A stretch of 64,000 nt of DNA. Origin: Camelus dromedarius (lineage: Eukaryota). Positions within the stretch are counted from its first letter, which is position 1; every line of letters begins with the position of its first letter. Below are positions 48,735-59,950 of this stretch, piece after piece. A program made the translations under genes and the position numbers. The notes beneath the pieces are model-generated. The model saw only the letters and a list, made by a program, of their open reading frames with translations. It had not been told where the DNA came from and made no database searches. The stretch is taken from positions 34,660,001-34,724,000 of the forward strand of contig NC_087437.1 in assembly GCF_036321535.1 (NCBI RefSeq). Direction: 5' to 3'.

Positions 48735-48905
48735 TTTATTTTTATTTGTAACTTTTAACGGACCTACACATGTTCAAAAGAGTGCACATCATAATTCTAT
48801 AGCTTGATGAATTTTCACAAACTGGACATGCTTATGCAATCAACACTTAACTCAAGAAACAAAATATTATCTGTGCCCTCCCCATGCTTCCTCCTGGCCA
48901 TTACC
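48735..48905 (-). mobile_element. Old L1 3' end fragment
   Basis: aaaagagtgcacatcataa...agcttgatgaattttcacaaactg. Confidence 0.65.
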
Positions 48906-49724
48906 CTTTAGTTTTTAGTAAAAAAAAAAATTTGTTTTCCCTTTAGTGACATTCAAAGCTACTTATGGCTTTATATAAACTCTTAATAGGTATGAAGGAC
49001 AGTTAGAGCCTTAAGGATGGCTTTATTACATGCTTTTGTTTTCTTTTACTTTAAAAAGCACATCTCCTGGGCAGGGATTTCAGTCCTGCAGGTTGTTATA
49101 TTTGGACACGGATAGGCTGAGTGACCTTGTAGCTCTTTCTCTGCAACTAGGTGATGTGTTCTTTGCTTTTATTTGCCTGTACTGTAAAAGTCCGTTGAAA
49201 CCAAAAAATAGTTCATTGTACTAAAAGAAAAGGAAAATGGCTTGGCCACACAGACCTCTTAGATGTCCCCTCTAAAAGCATTCCACATTCAAAAGAGCTC
49301 AGGGAACATGAAAGAAATCCTGTGGTGGAGGAAGGCTGCATTTGTAGGCCCTCATCTGCCATTGCTGAGGTGATTAGGCCAAAGGACTGGCCACTTCTGG
49401 AGGTAATGGACTGCAGTGTGTTTACCCTGCTTTTGTCTGGACATATTTAGAAAACCCATGGTAATTTTTTCAGAAGGCAGCTTCTTGGAAGAAGAATTAA
49501 AAACTGAGGGGTTTAGTTTGAGGCTCTTTATATATCTTCTTTTTGAAATCAAAGGACAGAACACATTAACTCTGAAAACACCAGTATGTTAGCCTTGCCT
49601 GGAGTGTTTTGTTTAAGTTCCTGGGCCCAGCTAATGGCTCTGCTAACATAGTTTATATGCATTTCATAATGTTATTTCTCATTTTTGACCAATACTTTTA
49701 TTTCTTGAGATTTATTTATTTAGT

Positions 49725-49893
49725 CTTTTTTAATTGAGCTATAATTCACATACCACAAAATTCACCCCTTTAAATTGTACAGTTGGGTGGTTTTTAGTAT
49801 ATTCATAAAGCAGTGCAACCATCACCACTATCTAACTCCAGAGAATTTTCTTTACCCCAAAAAGAAATCCTGTGGCCATTAGCAGCCCCATTC
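49725..49893 (-). mobile_element. L1MB-type 3' end
   Basis: aattgagctataattcacataccacaaaattcacccctttaaattgtacagtt...gtgcaaccatcaccacta. Confidence 0.85.
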
Positions 49894-50580
49894 AGTTTAT
49901 TTAGTTTTGCCAAATAAATATTATTTTCATTACTATCTTTATTTCATTGAAGTCTTTCTTCTACAGGATGTCATGTTGGTTGTGTGACCTTTCATGTAGA
50001 GGTTTGCCCCTTCTAACTTCTATTCTAAAGTTGATTCGGGGGTGCATTTTCCAGCACTACCACCAACACCATGTTGACTGACACTGTTGTAGGACATAAA
50101 ACGATAGTGTGTTAGTCACAATCACTTATGAAAATGTCAGTGCAGATGAACAACGGTGTCGTTCCTACAAAACTAACTGAGTATGGTGAAGATTTCTGAT
50201 AATCTGCCGAAGTTGAATGGATTGAGAACTCAGTTCTTCTGGCCTCTGTGGAAAGGTTTAGGTTTGTTTCTTTAACTTTAAAAAAAAAATGCATAAAATG
50301 TATTTGTATTTACTCTTAGTTGATTTCTGAAGGCCTGGAATTGATTGTTTCTAAATGAAGGTGATTAACCTATTTTGAATATCTCCTTTCGATGAAAAAT
50401 TTTTTGAATCTGTATTTTTATTATTTTAAAAGTAATATATGTTAGTTAAAGACATTTTTTAAATGTGTAAGCTTAGAAGAGTTGTAAACTGAAAAAAGAG
50501 AGTTAATCCTATCTCTCACTTTATGCTTCAAGTATTTTTATGTTTAATCGTATAACCTGCTTAATTTTTACTTAATTTTT

Positions 50581-50794
50581 TTTTTTTGCTTTTCAACATT
50601 AAAAATGTTTATTTTCAAAGATTTTTTTTAACATTTAAAAAAGTTGAAATACAGTTGATGTACAATGTTATGTTAGTTTCAGGTTTACTACATAGTGATT
50701 TTCCATTTGCATATATTATGAAATGATCACTATGATAAGTCTAGTAGCCATCTGTCCCCATACAAGGTTATTACAGAATTACTGATTCTATTTC
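50581..50794 (-). mobile_element. L1 3' end with apparent 3' transduction
   Basis: 18-bp TSD aatttttacttaattttt (50563-50580, 50795-50812); L1 end from ~50630 rightwards. Confidence 0.85.
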
Positions 50795-52160
50795 AATTTT
50801 TACTTAATTTTTAAATATACTGTGGAAGTGTAATTGCTTATTGAACTGTGTTGTTCTATAACTTAACACTATTTTAATGTTTCTGGAAGGTTTAAAACTT
50901 TCCTTTCAAAAAACTCTTAAGTAATCTTTCTTAAAAATTACTTTGGCTTGTTCATGGTCAAGTGGAACTTCTGAGCAACTATGGAAATGTACATACTTCC
51001 AAAGTGAGGTCTGTTTATCATCAAAGATGGCTGCATGAGTCCAGAACTCTTAAAGAGACCTCCTCTCCCTCAGAGCAGCTTTTATCCAACGGCTGCAGGA
51101 CCAAATGATTTCCAAAGTCTCATCTACATCTCTTCAGGCACAAATATTTCATCATGGTGATGAACACTTTTTAGTAATTCTCAGGAAGAGAATGATGTTT
51201 ATCATATACTATGTATAGAAATTAAACAGTGGAGGTGTCAAAATTCAGTGGTTGACTGGATTCACTAGAAAAAGGGACTCCCCCACCCCACCCTGGTATT
51301 AAATGTCTCTCCTTTTTCGCTCTTAAAAAAAAAAAAAACCTTTTACATTGTTCACTGTGAGTGTTTCTCTGTCATTTCCTTTTTCACCCTTGAATCCTAG
51401 TGTTGCACACTGTCTCCTGGAGTTTGCTGAAGTCTCCTTGTAATTATGTAAGAATGCTTGATTTTAGAACTTCATTTTTGGAAATCCTGTGTCAGACCAA
51501 AGAAATGTCTTACAGGTAAAGAGATGGCTCTAGCAGTAAGCTTTTTTAAGTATCAAAAAATGGATTTGGAAGAGAATCCTACACTTATTTTAGGTCAGAA
51601 GTATCTAGGACGAAATATAATGTATGTGAACTTCTACTTAAACAAGCTGGATTCAGCTATTGCCTGAGCAACTATCTAATAATGGATTTAGCATCTTTGA
51701 ACTTGCAATGTTTTCATTCTATGTATATCTGTATCTTTACTGTATTTTTTTTTTAATACAAAGGCTTTTAGTTTTATTTTTTTAACAAACATACATGGGA
51801 CACAGTAAAGTTTACTAACTGAAGGAGATCTAACACACAAGTTCTCTGTGGCTTTGACATACTCAGCTCCTAAATGATCTCCAGCCAGCAAGTTAGGAAT
51901 GTACACATTGGTACTAAATTTGATTATTTTTCACGTGTATCAAATAAACACAATTACTTTTTTGGAGTATTTTTCACTCAGATTGATTGAAAGATTTGTG
52001 CTATCTCAAAAACAAGTTGAGGCTATGGTGCAAATTGTTATTAATATTACTGCCAGAGATCTGGGGCCCTCAAAGCAACTTGGAACTAACATTTACAGAA
52101 CCTAAGTGATTTCACTACCTTAATCAAAATGCAATACCCAATATTTTGGCTCTCTGAGAC

Positions 52161-52297
52161 TTTTTTTTCTTTTTTTTAAGTTTTATTTTATTGAGTTATA
52201 GTCAGTATACAATATTGTGTCAATTTCCAGTGTAGAGCACAATTTTTCAGTCATACATGAACATACATATATTCATTGTCGCATTCTTTTTCACCGT
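52161..52297 (-). mobile_element. Short L1 3' end
   Basis: PolyT followed by tacaatattgtgtcaatttccagtgtagagcac...cagtcatacatgaacatacatatattc. Confidence 0.85.
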
Positions 52298-53545
52298 CTT
52301 CACTGTATTTTTAAAATGGTTTGATACTGTCTCATCTGCCATACTGTTTCATTCACATATAGTATCATTTATTGGAGTGGTGTGACTATTGGAATGTAAC
52401 TTGATGTTGATAACATACTAGAGAAAGTTGTAAAGGGCCAATAATTCTACTGTATGAACAGTTAATCAGAAATAAAGAGTATCTTGCAGAAAAGTCTGGA
52501 GCCTCTTAATGGGTATTAGCTAGGACCCACTACTGAAAGAGAAAATGGAAAAAACAAACAACTCCACACAGTGTAAAATGAGGTCTGGTTACACACACTT
52601 TGTTTTCCCAGTAAAACAGTGGAGAGTTTGTAGGCTTTGAAGCTTATGTTTCAACAGTTCACAAAAAATTGGACTTAATACTTATTAAACAGTATTTTAA
52701 AACATTGTCTTCTTTTTTCCCCCAACATGCTGTCTCACCCAAAGGCAAATTCACTTCCTTGTATAAAAGAATCACCCTCTTCAACATTAATTTATCCCAG
52801 CAAATCCTTATTTATGCTCCTACTATGTGGTAAGCACTGAATTTTAGAGAGATCATTGGTCAGTTGGGTTAGGTGAAAAGAGAGTACTTCTTTAATTTGT
52901 TCCAGGTAAACCTTGCTTAAGGGAAGAACTGGGAGGTTGAAGAAAAGTTATGCTGATCGACAGGCTAGGATTGGAAAAACAAAAGTGGTGATTGTTTTGG
53001 AAAAGGTACATTATCAAGAAACCACTCTGACCAGTATGTCTGGCTCTGTGGTTGTTCTGAGGGTGGCTGGAAACTTTCTAAACCTCTGTCTTAAACAGGA
53101 AGTTGTTTCTCATGTTTGAAGGCCAGTTTTGGGGGGTATATTTTGTTTCACCCAATTCATTTTTTCTTTGTCTCATCTAGTAAGCATTTATGAAGTATTT
53201 GTTTCCACCTTGTTAACCAGTGTGCTCGGTGTTCAAAGCCAGTGGTTAAATCGTTAGGATTGTGCTTAAGTATCTAAGTATCCACATCTTTAGAGGAAAG
53301 AATTTTAAAAGTTCGCTTTCTGGTTTTTTGAATGTTCTATATAATTCTAAGCTTTGTATAAGAAATAGTAAATGGATATTTTATTAAAAAGAAAAAAATT
53401 TGTTTTAAAGAAAAATTGGTGATTTGTAGTACTGTAAGTCTGAATGTAAAATGAAAGTTATATTATTCTTTTTATAATGTAAAAATGCCCAAACTAAAAC
53501 ATTCAAACAGTATAAAAATATGTTTAATGCAAAATTAAATTTCCG

Positions 53546-54052
53546 AATGAGTTATCACCTCATACCTGTCAGGATGGCCATCATTAAAAAGTCTACAAAT
53601 AATAAATGCTGGAGAGGGTGTGAAGAAAAGAGAACCCTTCTGCCTTGTTGGTGGGAATGTAAATTGGTGCAGCCACGATGAAAAGTGGTGTGGAGGTTCC
53701 TTGACATGGAAATAACCTAAATGTCCATTGACAGATGACTAGATAAAGAAGATGTGGAATAGTACTATAAACAATGGCATATTACTTGGCCATAAAAAAT
53801 AATGAAATAATGTGATTTGCAGCAATATGGATGGACGTAGACATTATCACATTAAATGAAGTAAGTCAGATAGAGAAAGACAAATATCATATGATGTCAT
53901 TTATATGTGGAATCTAAAACCAAAACAAAACAAAATAAAAAAAAAACCCAATACAAATGAACTTATTTATAAGCCCCAAATAGACTCATGGACATAGAAA
54001 ACAAACTCTGATTACCAAAAGGGAAAGGGGTTGGGGGAGGGATAAATTAGGA
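53546..54052 (+). mobile_element. L1 ORF2 end / 3' UTR fragment, internally deleted and lacking a tail
   Basis: tatcacctcatacctgtcaggatggccatcattaaaaagtctacaaataataaatgctggagagggtgtg...ggagggataaattagga. Confidence 0.88.
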
Positions 54053-54604
54053 AGGAAAATTACAATCCCTTCTACTCAGATCTCTCAACCTCTTTCCCAG
54101 AAGTAATTATCATTACCAGTTTCCTCTTGCATCTTTTGAGTAATATTTTAAGCATGTACAAACATATCTATGTGATTCTGGTCTCCTTTTCATACACATG
54201 GGAGTGTGTCCTGTACACTCTTCTGTTCCTTGTACTTTTTCAGATCTAGTGCTTTTTTAAAAAAACTGTCTGCTCAGTATTTCATTGTATGGGTGAACGG
54301 TTGTTGTTCATTATTTAATCATCCCTTGCTGATGGAGATTTAAAATTTCTCCAGGTTTTTACTTTAATCAGCTGTGCTACACTGAATTTGTTTGTTTGAA
54401 GATACTTCTCCCATGTATATCTTTAGGGTACATTCCTAGAAGTGAAGTCTAGGTCAAAGAGTATAGAGTTCTAACTTTGACAGATATTGTCACAAGGAGC
54501 TCCGTGGGTGTTAACTAGTACATACGCCCCATTAGTGTTGGGTAAGATTTCCTAAATCCCCACATTCTTACCAGAACGTCGTATTTTAAAACTTTTGACC
54601 TTTT

Positions 54605-54780
54605 CTGTATAGCACAGGGAGCTATATTCAACATCTTGTAATAACCTTTAATGAAAAAGAATATGAAAATAAATATATGTACGTATATGCATGACTGGGA
54701 CAGTATGGGACATTATGCTGTACACTAGAAATCAATACATTGTAACTGACTATACTTCAATAAAAACAATCCCCCCCCCA
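54605..54780 (+). mobile_element. Short L1 3' end
   Basis: ctgtatagcacagggagctatattcaa...tatacttcaataaaaa; imperfect TSD taaaac..ttttgaccttt (54587-54603, 54781-54799). Confidence 0.88.
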
Positions 54781-56500
54781 TAAAACCTTTTTGACCTTTG
54801 CCTGTTGGATAGATGAAAATGATATCTCATTTTAATTTTCAGTTCTTAAACTATGACTAAAATTGAACATCTTATGAATTAAAAGCCATTTGTTAGTGTT
54901 TATATTTTGTAAACTTCTGGTCCATGTTCTTTGCCTTTTTCCTACTGTATTGTTAGTCTTTTCCTGATCAAGTTATAGGGATTCTCTCCATATAAGAAAA
55001 ACTGCCCTTTGTCATATATGCTGCCAATATATTTTTGCATCTTGTTTGTGTTTTGACTTACAGCACTTTTTTCTTTGCAGATTGAAAAAAATTCTGCTGT
55101 CAAATTTAGCTATTTTCTTTTATAGTTTGGGGATTTTGTGTTTTACTTAGCACATTTCACATTTAGAGGAGATAAAAATTATACATTGTTTTCTCTTAGT
55201 TTTTTTGTGGAATCATTATTTTTATATTTGATCAATCAGAAATTATTATCTTATGAGAAGTGATGTAGATAAAAATTCAGTTTTATTTTGCAGCCTACTA
55301 GAGTAATCCATTTTTTTCTCTGCTTGTTTGTAGTGCAGTTTTATTGTATACTAAATTCTTATATACACTGGTCTACAGCAGGACTTTTTTCTATTTCATT
55401 GCTTTTCATGCACCCAGTACAAATTATTTTAATTGCTATAGCTTTATAATGTTTTAAAATCTAGAATTTTCCTGGCTATTTTAGCACGTTTCATTTTACT
55501 ATCTGAACTTCAGAATCAGCTTATCTGGTTGCAGACAACAACGACAAAAATTCTTTTGGGATTCTTACAGAGATTGCATTACCATTACAATTTAATTGAA
55601 ATAAATCGATAATTTTATAATACCCAGCAACAGGATACGTCTTTAATTTATTTGGGACTTCTATTATGGCTTTTTTAGAGTCTTAAAATTCTTCATATAG
55701 ATTTTTTACATTTTTTTTCGTTTGCTGATTGCTCATAGATGAGATCTTTTATGGTATAATGTTTTCTACTTTCTTTTTTTTTCCCCTTTATATACAGAAA
55801 AGCTGCTGTACTGAATTGTCTTACTGTTTGTAATATTTTTTCTAGTTGATTCTCACAGGTCTTCTTCTTGTTATTTAATTATATTAGCTATAAATACTGA
55901 TAATTTTTCTTCTTTCTTTGCTGTTTCTCCCTCATTTTTTTCTCTGTTTTAATTGCATTGACTTAGACTTCTAGAATCTTGTTAAATAATAATGGTGATA
56001 ATGTACATCTGTGTTTTGTTGCTGAGTTTAGTAGCATTGCTGGAATTTTATCATTAATCATGATAAAGACTTTGGAATATACCTACATCTACATACATGC
56101 TTATATTATATAATTTTGTTAAGGAACTTATATATACTTTGTTGTTCCGTTAAGAACTTTTAAAATTAGGAATTTATGTTGAATTTTATCAAACATGTTT
56201 TCAAATTTATAAGCATTATTATTTTTCCCTTCCTTTGACCTGCTAATAAGGTAAACTACACTGGTAGATCCCTGATATTGACCTGTCTTTGTCTTACTAT
56301 ATGAACCTCACAGGTGCATGCAGGTATGATACTTCTAAAGTAGTGATGGGTTCTGTTTACTCATTTTTCATCAGGATTTCTACATTGATATTTTTCCTGA
56401 ATAACAGTATGAATCATATGATAGCTGATGGCTCTATAGGTTGTTATCTTTTAAAAAAAGATTTGTACTAGAGTTATTCTGGCATTATATGAAGAATTTT

Positions 56501-56709
56501 CTTTTTACTTTTTTTAATTTTTAAATTTCTTTAATTGAAGTATAGTCAGTTTACAATGTTGTGTCAATTTCTGGTGTACAGCATAATAGTTCAGTCATTC
56601 ATATACCTACATATATTCATTTTCATATTCTTTTTCATTATAGGTTACTACATGATATTGTATATAGTTCCCTGTGCTATACAGTAGAAACTTGTTTATC
56701 TATTTTATA
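56501..56709 (-). mobile_element. Short L1 3' end
   Basis: 15-bp TSD tatatgaagaatttt (56486-56500, 56710-56724). Confidence 0.9.
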
Positions 56710-57919
56710 TATATGAAGAATTTTAAATCTCTCTGTCTTTTACTCCCAAACATTTAAATTTCATTGAAATTACCCATTCCTTCGAAGATTTGGTTGAATT
56801 CATCTGTGTAACTCTCTGGGCCTAGTGCTTTGTGAGGTAGAGCTTGATATAATTCTTAGTTATATGAACTGTTGTTAACCTGTTTTGATGTAGTCTAACA
56901 CTAATTAATGACATGACGTTTGTATGTTTGACATTGATTTGTTTTTGAGAGTTCAGATGATCGTTTTTAGCATTTGAAGTCTTACCGATATTCTCATTCT
57001 TCTGTAGCACCTTAGAGAATAGGGATGCTCCTTTAACCGTAATATGTAAAAGAAATTTTCGGGGTAAAAATGTAACACAATTCTTTGCAAACATGTTGAT
57101 GTAAATGCATAACAAGATGAAGTAAATTGGGGAAGGCAAACTGGCCTGGTGGAGAAGCATTGAAGGGGGGTTGAACATCATTTTTTGTGTGGAGGCTCTG
57201 ACTGTGGAGAGGGTCACATTGGGGAACACAGATTTTGGAAAGCGAAGGGACACGAGGGAGAGCCAGTGATGTGATGGAAATACTCTGAGGGTAAGATGTC
57301 TCACTGTCACGGAATCTTGCTGAGGGTTACATTCCTTGTGAATGCTCTGCGCAGTTGGATCTTCTTTTTGGAGATGGAACAGAGTGACAAAGCCGAGCTG
57401 CAGGGAGATCACTGAGGGATGACAGAGCCTGCCATGGGGAGACCAGCCATATCTGGGTCACTTAAGGGTTGGCATTTAGATTTACATATGTAACAACTTT
57501 CGTATTTTCTCATCCATGATAGTCAAAGTGTGTATGTTTGACCTGGGAAGGAAATGGTTAAGAATTAGGTTAGTCAAGGTTAAGCTGACCTGGTAGAGTT
57601 ATTTTTAGGTTGTACTGTGTTCCTAGAGGATTCTAGGCTCTAGGTGGTTTGTTTATGTCATATTTCAGTTGAATTTGAACTTGGTGTTTTGGCCAGTAGA
57701 GAGATTCAGGAGGTCTTTGACTTGTAAACATCTCACTAGCTCACAATGTTTCCATTCACTGTGCCCACCTTGATTAGTGCTACTCTCTTCTGTTCTATCT
57801 AGTTTTATCAGGCTAAGGTCACAGTCACTGCAGTCAGCATTCTACTGGACTCCTAGTTGTCATGAGACCATTTTTCAAAGAGGGTTGTAACATGAATTGG
57901 GTTGAGTTTATACATTAAA

Positions 57920-58112
57920 GGAGTGGAAAGAAACTAGATTTAGAGTCAGTCAGATGTGAAATCGTCACTTTTGCCACTGAACTGCTTATAAGACTTCTCC
58001 TAGCCTTTATCTATCAATAGTAAGTAGGGATAATAATATATACCTTGCAGGGTTTTATTTAATGAGATAATGTATCTGAAGAACCTGGAGCATAATTAGC
58101 ATTTAATAAATT
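57920..58112 (+). mobile_element. MIR
   Basis: gagtggaaagaaactagatttagagtcag...gggataataatatataccttgcagggtt...aatgagataatgta. Confidence 0.75.
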
Positions 58113-58187
58113 TCTTAATAAATTTATTCCTCTTTCTCTTGATAGCTTGTGACTTAGTCTTATCATGATTTTCTTTGAGTCTAGTTC

Positions 58188-58660
58188 CATTTCATTCATT
58201 TATTCATTCAGAAAACATACACTGAGAGCCTGCTCTGTACCAGGCACTGTTCTAGGAGCTGGGACTAGAGCAGTGAACAAGGTAGGCAAGGTCCCTGTTC
58301 TAATGAAATTTGTGTTCTAGGTAGGTAGGAAGAGATAAAAAACAAATAAACTATAGAAAAATATCAGGTGGTGATTAGCAATGTGATAAAAAACATAAAC
58401 AAGGAGAAATAGAAATAGAGTGTTAGAAGTGCTTCTTTAGATTGGATGGACAGGAAAGTCTTCTTGGATAAAGTGACGTTTTACTGAGACCTGAATATCA
58501 AAAAGGAGCCAGCTGTGTTAAGATCTGGAGGAAGAAAATTCCAGGCAGAGGGACCAGCTAGTACAAAGGTGGCAGTGAATTTGTTACGCCCCAGGAAAAG
58601 GATGGAGATGTTCAGACAGGGCCAGATACTGAGGGACCTCACAGGCCAGCATCTGGAGTT
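58188..58660 (-). mobile_element. L2 3' region
   Basis: (CATT)n; ccaggcactgttctaggagctgggactagagcagtgaacaag; ttccaggcagagggaccagctagtacaaagg. Confidence 0.88.
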
Positions 58661-59069
58661 TGGTGTGAGGGGAGTTAGCAATTTCTTTTAAGCCTAAGAT
58701 GAATGATATGTGTTCATTTTTATGGCTGAATGGTTGTGGTGATAGTTGAATCTCAGCATGCACCCAGATAATATTATTCTTTGGGGAGAATGAGAATGAG
58801 AGTCTTATCTCAATATAGTGAAGTAAGTGGAATTAAAATAATCAAAGTGCAGCCTAATGCACATAACTAATTTTTTATGTTAGCGAATGAGAGGTGATTA
58901 AAGTAATATGTTCATATAATTAACTTTTAATTATTTTTCTTAGTACCATTTAGTTTATGATAATTCTTGAGATATTGTGGCATGAAATGAAATGTATGAC
59001 CATTTAGGTGATACATTTGTACTGAACATCACTCATATTTGATGGTAGCTTAGAATTAAGATAATGGTA

Positions 59070-59593
59070 TATTTTTAAAAGGAAATGTTTAAGAACAGTT
59101 TTAGATTTGCAGAAAAGATGCAGAGATAGTACAGAGGGTTTCCATGTACTATACAGCCAGTTTCTGCTGTTATTAACAGTCCTCAATTCAGACCCCAGCT
59201 GTAAGCATTGGGGTTCCCAGACCACCTGTGTTTCTGACCAGCTAGCTATAAATTCAGGGGTTTCCACTAGCTCCTTAGGTTCAATAATTTGCTAGAATGA
59301 CTCAGAGCTTGGGAAAGTGCTACACTTACAATTACAGTTTTATTATAAAGGATGCAAACCAGGACCAGCCAATGAGAGACACATAGGGCAAGGTCTGGGA
59401 GGGTCCCAAATGGGACGCTCCCATGGCCCCAGGATGCATCATCCTCCAGGCACATTGATGTATGATTACCAGCCAGGAAAACTCATTGTGGAATGTCCCT
59501 CGATTTGGGTTTGTCAGATGTTTTTCTCATGATTAAATCGGGGTTTTGGTTTTGGGGGAAGGCAACCATAGAGGTAAAGTGACATTCTTATCC
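59070..59593 (-). mobile_element. L1MB/MC 3' end fragments flanking a MER21-like LTR fragment (~59180-59484)
   Basis: L1: aacagttttagatttgcagaaaag and ccatagaggtaaagtgacattct. LTR: ttctgaccagctagctataaatt...gttcaataatttgctagaatgactca...acagttttattataaaggat. Confidence 0.7.
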
Positions 59594-59950
59594 TGTTGAT
59601 GACTAAAGGAAAAATGCGTAATGTAACAGTTGTGAGTTAAGTTTTATTTGGGGACCTTACTGAGGACTCTAGCCCAGGAGACAGCCCTTAAATAGCTCTG
59701 AGGAACTGCTCCAAAGGGGTAATGAGGAGCCAGGATATACATATAGGTTTTTTTTGTTTGTTTTGTTTTTGCTGAAAAAATACATTTAAACATCAAAAGA
59801 TTGCTGCTAATCACAAAGAACGGACATCTCAAGTTAATGATTTTAGTGCTTTTCTGTGTACGGGAAGATACAGGAATCTGGGATCATTGGAATTGGCTAA
59901 TGGCTTGATCCTTGTAGAACTAGAATGGCAACAACATTTTTTTCTTTATA
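59594..59950 (-). mobile_element. 3' LTR of an endogenous retrovirus (ERV1-like LTR)
   Basis: Starts TG at 59594; minus-strand AATAAA (tttatt ~59643); ends ttctttata next to a short purine tract on the minus strand (complement gtgcccct). Confidence 0.7.

Larger units (their letters stand above)
53400..56850 (-). mobile_element. Long degenerate L1ME-type element with younger inserts
   Basis: Successive antisense 3' UTR and ORF2 motifs (tgaacttcagaatcagcttatc; gttaaataataatggtgata; gaattcatctgtgtaactctctgggcct). Confidence 0.7.

Noticed and set aside
50075..50188. H/ACA snoRNA interpretation of the hairpin element
   Set aside because: No ANANNA hinge after the first hairpin and no correctly placed terminal ACA.
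56822..57412. 196-aa minus-strand ORF
   Set aside because: Non-ATG start, no recognisable motif, and it runs into an old L1 fragment; likely chance.
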